64,000 nucleotides of DNA, taken from the NCBI GenBank assembly GCA_964443495.1, contig CAYUCS010000001.1, positions 341,496 through 405,495 of the forward strand, read 5' to 3'. Source of the stretch: an uncultured Gammaproteobacteria bacterium. Its GTDB lineage: Bacteria > Patescibacteriota > Patescibacteriia > Patescibacteriales > GWE2-39-37. Both the position numbers and the translations under genes were made by a program. The stretch's first letter is position 1. Each line of letters starts with the position of its first letter. Positions 29,820 through 36,639 of this stretch are shown piece after piece. The notes below the pieces were generated by a model. The model made no database searches, was not told where the DNA came from, and was given only the letters and a program-made list of their open reading frames with translations.

Positions 29820-30058
29820 ATGAAATTGGAAGAGTTATTGCGAAAAATTGAAAACGAGCTAAGGCTGAGAAATTTTAGCCGACGTACTATCAAAAGCTAT
29901 GTGGCTTGCCTCTCTGAGTATTTGAGGTGCGTCTAGGGGATAAATGCCGATAAGGGCGCTATGTACAAGAATCGTTAGGGCATGCTAATATCAGAACTGC
30001 TCAGATTTATACCAAAGTGACGAGTCCGATGCTGAAAAGCATCGCAAGCTCGTTGTGA
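29820..30058 (+). pseudogene. Tyrosine recombinase/integrase remnant (N- and C-terminal fragments, catalytic core deleted)
   Basis: 29820-29936 encodes MKLEELLRKIENELRLRNFSRRTIKSYVACLSEYLRCV*. 29975-30058 encodes LGHANIRTAQIYTKVTSPMLKSIASSL*. Confidence 0.7.
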
Positions 30059-30062
30059 AAAT

Positions 30063-30443
30063 ATGACCAGGGAAGATTTTGAACAATTGGTCGAGGAGGC
30101 GTTGGCGCTGATGCCGCAAGAATTCTTGGACAAGCTCGACAACGTTGCGCTGGTCATCGAGGACCATGCGAGCAAGGAGCAGCGCCGGCAAGCGCGCTTG
30201 TCCGGCAATCAGGTGCTGTTCGGGCTGTATGAAGGCATCCCTCTGGTCCAGCGCGGCGCCGGTTATGGCAATGTGTTGCCGGACAAGATCACGATATTCC
30301 AAAAGGCCATCGAAGCCAGCTGCACCACTAGGGAAGAAGTGCGCTTGAAAGTGCGGGACACGGTCTGGCACGAGATCGCCCACCACTTCGGCTCTGACGA
30401 ATCCGGCGCGCGGCAGGCCGGCAAGAAAGCGAATAAGTTATGA
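30063..30443 (+). CDS. Small zinc metallopeptidase-family protein (DUF1025/zincin-like)
   Basis: WHEIAHHFG HExxH motif; 126 aa. Confidence 0.7.
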   Translation: MTREDFEQLVEEALALMPQEFLDKLDNVALVIEDHASKEQRRQARLSGNQVLFGLYEGIPLVQRGAGYGNVLPDKITIFQKAIEASCTTREEVRLKVRDTVWHEIAHHFGSDESGARQAGKKANKL

Positions 30444-31402
30444 AAAAAAATTTTTGGCAAAAATTGAAAAATACGGATAATCCGATATTGGCATTAGCGC
30501 CCATGGCTGGCGTGACCGACGCGCCGTTCCGGCAGATGTGCAAGAAGTTCGGCGCCGATGTCGCCTATTCGGAAATGGCCAGCGCCACGGCCTTGAATTA
30601 CCAGCCGCAGAAGACTTTGGAACTGGTGAAGTTTGAAGAAGTCGAGCGTCCGTACGTGGTGCAGCTGTTTGGCGCCAATCCGGAGCACTTCGTTAAGGCG
30701 ACGAAGATTATTGCCGAAGAAGTCGGCCCCGACGGCATTGATATCAACTTTGGCTGCCCAGTGCCTAAGGTGCAGAAGCAGGGGGCGGGTGCCATACTGA
30801 TGGGCCACCCCAAGCTGGCGCGCGAGGTCGTCGAAGCGGTGCTGGCCAATACGTCATTGCCGGTGTCCATCAAAATCCGCGCCCGCATGGAGAAGGGCGA
30901 GGGGGATGCGCGTCGACGTGTCGATGCTTTGGAATTCTTGGAAGCGATGCAGGGGCTCGACTTGGCGGCTGTGATGATCCACGGGCGCTCGATGGCGCAG
31001 GGACATTCCGGGGCCGTAGATTTCGAGATCATCAAGGACGCGCGGCCACTCGTGCCAGGCGTGCTGCTGGCCAACGGCGGCGTGACGGACGCAGCCAGCG
31101 CGCGTGAGCTTTTGGAAAAAACAGAAGCCGACGGCCTGGGTATCGCGCGCGGCGCCATGGGCCGCCCTTGGCTGTTCGAGGAAATTAGGAATAACAAGAC
31201 AAGAGCATTGAGCAAAGAAGAGATTTTTGAAATAGCTTTGGAGCATGCCGGGTTAGCTGACAAGATTTTGGGCAGGCAGGGAATAGTTGAGCTGCGCAAG
31301 CATTTGTGCTGGTACGTGGCCGGATTCCCCGGCGCCGGCGAACTGCGTCAGCGGCTGGTCAAAGTCGAGTCGCTTGAAGAAATTAAAAATATCTTATCAT
31401 AA
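30440..31402 (+). CDS. dus: tRNA-dihydrouridine synthase
   Basis: LAPMAGVTDAPFR, INFGCP and HGRSMAQGHSG blocks; ATGA overlap with the upstream gene. Confidence 0.9.
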   Translation: MKKNFWQKLKNTDNPILALAPMAGVTDAPFRQMCKKFGADVAYSEMASATALNYQPQKTLELVKFEEVERPYVVQLFGANPEHFVKATKIIAEEVGPDGIDINFGCPVPKVQKQGAGAILMGHPKLAREVVEAVLANTSLPVSIKIRARMEKGEGDARRRVDALEFLEAMQGLDLAAVMIHGRSMAQGHSGAVDFEIIKDARPLVPGVLLANGGVTDAASARELLEKTEADGLGIARGAMGRPWLFEEIRNNKTRALSKEEIFEIALEHAGLADKILGRQGIVELRKHLCWYVAGFPGAGELRQRLVKVESLEEIKNILS

Positions 31403-31404
31403 AA

Positions 31405-31429
31405 AACCGCCCATGCAGGCGGTTTTTTT
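31405..31429. terminator. Bidirectional terminator between dus and the corA-like gene
   Basis: AACCGCC-CATGCA-GGCGGTT flanked by A6 and T7. Confidence 0.7.
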
Positions 31430-31441
31430 CAAACTCGTGGC

Positions 31442-32416
31442 CTAAAGCCATTTTTTCTTTTTGAAGAGAAGGATGATGACGCCGCTTATGACGGCTAATA
31501 AGCTCATAATGATCCAGAAGCCGCCTGGTTCATCGACCCAGGGCGTGCCGGTGGCGCGCATGGTGAAGATGGCGACGAAGAGGGTGAGGTAGAAGCTGAT
31601 GAGCGAGAAAACGGTCAGAGTTTTCATCGTGTCGTTCAGGTGGGAATTCAAGAGCGACTCGTTGGTGCTGTTCAGGATCTGGACGATTTCCTTTTGGTTT
31701 TCCAATATTTCCCAGATGGTGATCGAGTGGTCGATCAGCTTCTTGTAGTAGCCCTTGAGCTGTTCGGCTGGCACCAGTTTGCTTTTGAGTTCCATGAATT
31801 TGGAAAGGATCTTCTTGTGGCTGTGCATGATCTTGTGGAAGTTGATGATGTTCTGGCGCAGCATCAAGATTTGCGAAACGGCCTTGCGCTGTTCTTGGGC
31901 GAAGATAATCTCTTCGACCTTGTTGATGGCCAGGCTGTTCTTGTCCAAGAGCGGGAAGCAGGAGCGCATCAGCTTTTCCAAAAGCTCGTAAAGCAGGATG
32001 GTCGAGGATTCGAGCTTGAAGGTCAAAAGCGAGTCGCCATCTTTCTTGCAAAGGTTGAAAAATTCGTTCAAGGCCTGGAGGTTGCCGTTGTGCAGGGTGA
32101 TGATGTAGCCGTGCAGCACGAAAAAATCCACCTCGGTCGCGACGATGGTTTCGTTGAGGTAGATCGGGAAGTGCATGATGGCGAAGATATAGTTGTCGCC
32201 CCGCTGCACTGATGGGCGTTGGGCGAAGACGTTGCTGGAAGAGGCGTGCAGGTGTGCCAGCTGGAAGTTGAAGCGTTTGCGCAAATATTCAATCTCCCGC
32301 TTGCTGGCGTTGGCGATGTTGATCCAGGTGATTTTCTTGTTGGCCGTCCGCGGATTATCGACTTCGACAATCTGGATATTACGGCTGAGTTTTTCCTCCT
32401 TGATATCTTTTGGCAT
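31442..32416 (-). CDS. CorA-like divalent cation channel with a non-canonical filter (TMR instead of GMN)
   Basis: CorA-type cytoplasmic domain and two C-terminal TM helices ending KKKKWL. The conserved GMN position reads FTMRATG (nt 31556-31564). ATG at 32416. Confidence 0.7.
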   Translation of the reverse strand: MPKDIKEEKLSRNIQIVEVDNPRTANKKITWINIANASKREIEYLRKRFNFQLAHLHASSSNVFAQRPSVQRGDNYIFAIMHFPIYLNETIVATEVDFFVLHGYIITLHNGNLQALNEFFNLCKKDGDSLLTFKLESSTILLYELLEKLMRSCFPLLDKNSLAINKVEEIIFAQEQRKAVSQILMLRQNIINFHKIMHSHKKILSKFMELKSKLVPAEQLKGYYKKLIDHSITIWEILENQKEIVQILNSTNESLLNSHLNDTMKTLTVFSLISFYLTLFVAIFTMRATGTPWVDEPGGFWIIMSLLAVISGVIILLFKKKKWL

Positions 32417-32617
32417 ATTTATGTAGCATGTAACGTGTAGCATGAAGCAAGGAATCAGGATGCAATTGATGCATTTTCCTGTTTCACGTTACACGCTGCA
32501 TGTTACATGATTAATTATGCCACAGTTTGACATTTTGTGCAAAATCGGGTAGGGTAAATAATCGTGAAACCGCCCTTTTCAACCCTTAAAATAGAAAATC
32601 GTCAAAAGGAGGAGCAT

Positions 32618-33373
32618 ATGAATCTGGCCATCAAAGTCGGTTCAAACCTGTTGGTTGATGACTGTTCAGGCAAGGATGAGGTCAATTTCAGCTTCATTCA
32701 TGATCTTACCAGGCAGATCGCCGAATTGCGCAAGCGAGAACATCGTGTCCTGCTCGTGTCTTCTGGCGCTGTCGCCAGCGACCGGGCAGCGCATCGTTCC
32801 AAAAATCTGCGCGCGGCAGTCGGGCAATTGCGCCTGATGTCGGTCTATTCGCATTGTTTCAGGGAGCATGGCGTCCATGACGTCGGCCAGATTCTCGTGA
32901 CCGACCACGATTTCCGCCACCCGGAGGTCTTTTCCGCCACGGTCTTCGAGGCCTTCTCCGAGGGGGTCCAACTGGTAATCAATGCCAACGACCCGGTCAA
33001 CAACCAGGAACTCAAGAATATGGAGAAGTGCGAGGACAACGACCGCCTGATTGCGAGCGCCGCTTCGATCCTCAAACTGGACTTCGTCATGTTCGGCATC
33101 GACCGTCCCGGATTGATGAAGGATAAGGAAGTCGTCAGGCGCGTGACCTTGGCCGAAAGAGAAACTGTCCTTGGCTATGCCAAAGGCGGCAGTCAGCACG
33201 GCCACGGACCGGAGGGCATGCGGACCAAGCTTGAACAGATCTTCAGGCTGGTCCATCTGAACATCGACGCCATGCTCTTGCCGGCCCACGAAAACGACGC
33301 GTTCCTGCGCGGCGCCGACCTGATGCTCGGCAAGCCCGTCCCGCCCATCGGCACGATTTTTTCCATCGATTGA
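32618..33373 (+). CDS. Amino-acid-kinase family protein, glutamate 5-kinase (ProB)-like
   Basis: AAAGGAGGAG Shine-Dalgarno; IKVGSNLL, LLVSSGAVA, AAVGQLRLM, INANDPV, EDNDRLIASAA blocks. Confidence 0.6.
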   Translation: MNLAIKVGSNLLVDDCSGKDEVNFSFIHDLTRQIAELRKREHRVLLVSSGAVASDRAAHRSKNLRAAVGQLRLMSVYSHCFREHGVHDVGQILVTDHDFRHPEVFSATVFEAFSEGVQLVINANDPVNNQELKNMEKCEDNDRLIASAASILKLDFVMFGIDRPGLMKDKEVVRRVTLAERETVLGYAKGGSQHGHGPEGMRTKLEQIFRLVHLNIDAMLLPAHENDAFLRGADLMLGKPVPPIGTIFSID

Positions 33374-33416
33374 TTTTCAATCACGCCCCGGCCAGTTCGG
33401 GGCTTTTTTGTCGGTA

Positions 33417-33425
33417 TGGTATAAT
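33417..33425 (+). promoter_or_regulatory. Extended -10 element TGGTATAAT
   Basis: TGnTATAAT immediately after a terminator hairpin (33384-33409), 27 nt before the start at 33453. Confidence 0.4.
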
Positions 33426-33452
33426 GGAACCAAGAAAAGTAATCAAATCATT

Positions 33453-36074
33453 ATGGCTAAAAAATCTGTCTGGCTCGGAGCGTTCTTGCTCGGTTTGTTC
33501 TTGGCGGTGCCGGATGCCATGGCGGCCAACATCTATGTAACGGCCGATGCGGGGTCGTCCGGCGGCAACGGTTCCAGCGCCAATCCTTATAATTCTATTG
33601 CCGCAGCTTTGGCGGCCGCGGCGCCTGGCGATGTCGTCAGGCTGCGTCCTGGCGTCTATGCCGGTCCGGTCTCATTCCCGCATGGCGGCACGGCCGGCAA
33701 TCCGATTACTCTTAGGTCGGACGGCGCTGCCAGGTCGGCCGTCATTGATTGCAATTGGCTGGCCAACACGAATTGCTTGACCGTCGATCGCAGCAACGTG
33801 GTAGTCGATGGGCTCGAGGTCAGGAATTCCCGGATTTACGGCATCAAGATCGATGGCGATGCCGACACGAACCAGCCGATCAACGGCAACGAATACGGTA
33901 ATTATAATGGCAATCGCAACGGCGATCCGAATCTGCGTCGCTATCGGGTCAACGGGGCCGATAATGTGGTGTTGAGGAATAATTACATCCACCACATCGT
34001 CTTTGACGGACTCAAGATCGGCCATGTCAACAACATCCTGATAGAGAATAACGAAGTGTATAAGACCGGCATGACTGATCCGATTTCAGGCGCGGCCAGC
34101 CAGCAGCAAGGCATCGACCTGGTCGGCGCTTACGGCGCGGTGATACGAGGCAACTATATCCACGATGACCTGGACAATCCGTCGATGGATATCGGCATGT
34201 TCGCCAAAGGCGGAAGCCAGGATGTGGTAATCGAAAACAACAAGGTGGAAAACATGGCCGACATGCAAGCGGCGATCGAGGTTGGCGGCGACACGGAGAC
34301 TTATAACACGCGCTATACGCCGTCGTCAGTCGATTCCCAGTTCCATGCTGATATGCTCACGGGCAGGGACCAGGCGACCGGCGTCGCCAGTTATCCGATG
34401 GATGACGCTGGCAGATACGTTGCTTCGCTCATGTCCGAGGCGCGCAATGTCGTCGTGCGCGGCAACGTCATCATCAATGCCAATCCGCCGCTGTCATTCC
34501 GCAATTCGTACAACGCTTCAGCATACAACAACACCATCATCAATTCCGGCTGGTCGCAGGGAATGCTCAAGATCTGGAACGACTGCAACTGCTCATTCAA
34601 CCTGCACAATAACGTCAATATCAGGAATTATAATAATATTTTCTATAACGCGGATGCCGCTATCATGAGCGGCGGTGCGCCCGGAGCGGCCATCTATCAG
34701 AAGAACGCCGGCAATATCGGCGGATACCAGGCGAATAACAATATTTATTACAACCAAGGCACTGGCGCCATATCCTTTGTCAGCGGCACGGACTCCGCTT
34801 CCTTGAGGAATGCCGACCCGCAGCTATCCGCAACGCAGGTTCTGGTGGCGGGCAGCCCGGCAATAGGGGCCGGTGCGGACTTGCGAGCCTTGGGCTTGCT
34901 CGGAGCTAGCGAGACTTGGATCGATCGCAACGGTATTGTCAGGCCGACCGCCGCCGAATTGGCCAGTGGCTATGACATCGGCGCCTTGTCCGTCGCGGCT
35001 GGCGCGGCTGCTCCAGCCGACACCGCGGCACCGACTACTCTTGCCAACCCGATCGGCGGCACGTTCGTCTCGCCGCAAAGCGTAAGCCTGTCGGCTAACG
35101 AGCCGGCCACGATATATTACACCATCGATGGTTCTGATCCTTCGGTCAATTCCGCGACGTATGCCTCGCCGATCGCGATTTCCTCATCCGCAGTGCTGAA
35201 ATTCTTTGCTCGAGATCCAGCTGGCAACAGGGAAGCTATCCGTACCCAGAGTTACGTGATTGCCGTTCCGCCCGCGCCTCCGACCGCCGGCACCACCTCT
35301 GTGCCTACGGCGCCTACGCAGCCGTCAGTTCCTAGCGCGCCGTCTGCTCCAAGCAGCCAGTGCACTTCTTGGGTTTACTCGACTTGGGGTTCTTGCGTAA
35401 ACGGGTTGCAGAGCAGGACAGTTGTCTCAGCTTTGCCCAATGGCTGCATCGGCGGCGTGCCTTCGTTGGCGCAAGCCTGTACGGTTTTGCCGCCCGCAAC
35501 TGCCAATACTTCAGCGGCGCCGGCTGCCGTGTCCGCCGCTGCGGCAATCAAGGACAGCGACGGCGACGGCTTGCACGATGAGCTCGAGGCGGCGCTGCTT
35601 ACCGACAAGCTGAAGCCGGACAGCGACGGCGACGGTTATCAGGATCGGTCCGAGCTGTTGTCGGGCAACGACCCGGAGAGGGCCAGCATCGCGTTGCCCA
35701 TCAATACCGCTTTCAGCTCGAAACAAGCCGGAAGGATCTTGCTGCAGGTAGAGAACAAAGGGCAGGCCTGGTATATCAATCCTGTGGATTCAAGCAGATA
35801 TTATCTCGGCCGACCGGCCGATGCTTTCGCGGTGATGCGCAAGCTCGGCTTGGGCGCCAAGCACGCGGTAATCACCAAGGGCTCGTTTTCTTCTCGGCTG
35901 GCCGGCCGCATCTTGATCGACGTCGAGGATAAGGGGAAGGCTTATTATATCGACCCCAAGACGTTGAAGGCCCTTTTTCTCGGCCGACCGGCCGATGCTT
36001 TCGCGGTGATGAGGGCCAAGGGGCTGGGAATCAGCAATGCTGATCTGAAAAAGATCAAAGTCGGCGGCATTTAA
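33453..36074 (+). CDS. Large secreted right-handed beta-helix (pectate-lyase-fold) surface protein with Ca-binding repeats and twin C-terminal domains
   Basis: Signal peptide MAKKSVWLGAFLLGLFLAVPDAMA; repeated NN-x-I/V beta-helix rungs; P/T linker; DSDGDGLHDELE and DSDGDGYQDRSE; two copies of the GRIL..VE.KG.AYYI.P....LGRPADAFAVMR module. Confidence 0.7.
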   Translation: MAKKSVWLGAFLLGLFLAVPDAMAANIYVTADAGSSGGNGSSANPYNSIAAALAAAAPGDVVRLRPGVYAGPVSFPHGGTAGNPITLRSDGAARSAVIDCNWLANTNCLTVDRSNVVVDGLEVRNSRIYGIKIDGDADTNQPINGNEYGNYNGNRNGDPNLRRYRVNGADNVVLRNNYIHHIVFDGLKIGHVNNILIENNEVYKTGMTDPISGAASQQQGIDLVGAYGAVIRGNYIHDDLDNPSMDIGMFAKGGSQDVVIENNKVENMADMQAAIEVGGDTETYNTRYTPSSVDSQFHADMLTGRDQATGVASYPMDDAGRYVASLMSEARNVVVRGNVIINANPPLSFRNSYNASAYNNTIINSGWSQGMLKIWNDCNCSFNLHNNVNIRNYNNIFYNADAAIMSGGAPGAAIYQKNAGNIGGYQANNNIYYNQGTGAISFVSGTDSASLRNADPQLSATQVLVAGSPAIGAGADLRALGLLGASETWIDRNGIVRPTAAELASGYDIGALSVAAGAAAPADTAAPTTLANPIGGTFVSPQSVSLSANEPATIYYTIDGSDPSVNSATYASPIAISSSAVLKFFARDPAGNREAIRTQSYVIAVPPAPPTAGTTSVPTAPTQPSVPSAPSAPSSQCTSWVYSTWGSCVNGLQSRTVVSALPNGCIGGVPSLAQACTVLPPATANTSAAPAAVSAAAAIKDSDGDGLHDELEAALLTDKLKPDSDGDGYQDRSELLSGNDPERASIALPINTAFSSKQAGRILLQVENKGQAWYINPVDSSRYYLGRPADAFAVMRKLGLGAKHAVITKGSFSSRLAGRILIDVEDKGKAYYIDPKTLKALFLGRPADAFAVMRAKGLGISNADLKKIKVGGI
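35804..35837 (+). repeat. 34-nt exact intragenic direct repeat, copy 1
   Basis: TCTCGGCCGACCGGCCGATGCTTTCGCGGTGATG, identical to 35978-36011. Confidence 0.9.
35978..36011 (+). repeat. 34-nt exact intragenic direct repeat, copy 2
   Basis: Identical to 35804-35837; the flanking DNA of the two protein modules is diverged. Confidence 0.9.
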
Positions 36075-36116
36075 GGCTCGGGCGGAGGAATATGTTTTGT
36101 CCGGTTGGATAATTTG

Positions 36117-36125
36117 TGTTATAAT
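36117..36125 (+). promoter_or_regulatory. Extended -10 element TGTTATAAT
   Basis: TGnTATAAT 34 nt upstream of the start at 36160. Confidence 0.4.
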
Positions 36126-36159
36126 ATCGATAACTTAACGAACTCAGCCAAAACAAGAC

Positions 36160-36639
36160 ATGGACATCCGTTCAACCGACGCAATCCGCCCCGAGCAGCC
36201 GCCGCAACCTGAGCGGCCGCAAGGCTTTACGCCCGAAAGGCCGGTCATGGTGGAGCAGCGGCCTGAAGCGCCGAAGCCGGTTGAGCGTGCCGGCGAGGAA
36301 GATTTTCCGCCTTCGGCCGCCGCGCAACAAGATGGCGACCTGGTGATCGCTCCGGCCTCGCCCGAAGTCCAGCAGATTGAGAAGATCATGGAAGATGGCC
36401 TGGCCGAGTTCTACGCCCAGATGCCGCCGGACAAGCAGCGCGAGTTCCGCCGGGTCGGCGAACAGACTGCCCGGCAGATCAGCCAGCTCCTGACCGCTAC
36501 TAAAGTGCAAATCGGCAAAATCATCAGCCTGATCAAAGATTGGCTCAAGATCCTGCCCGGCGTCAACCGTTTCTTCATCGAACAGGAGGCTAAGATAAAA
36601 ACTGACGAGCTTTTGCGCATGCGTCAGCCCAAACCATGA
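36160..36639 (+). CDS. Hypothetical Pro/Glu/Arg-rich protein coupled to the T4CP-like ATPase
   Basis: 159 aa; N-terminal ERP/PEx low complexity; C-terminal amphipathic helix; ATGA overlap with the downstream gene. Confidence 0.55.
   Translation: MDIRSTDAIRPEQPPQPERPQGFTPERPVMVEQRPEAPKPVERAGEEDFPPSAAAQQDGDLVIAPASPEVQQIEKIMEDGLAEFYAQMPPDKQREFRRVGEQTARQISQLLTATKVQIGKIISLIKDWLKILPGVNRFFIEQEAKIKTDELLRMRQPKP

Noticed and set aside
35804-36011. DGR template/variable repeat pair in the surface-protein gene
   Set aside because: Only 34 nt are shared. Both copies are coding modules of the same protein. There is no adenine-specific mismatch pattern, and no reverse transcriptase gene is in the window.
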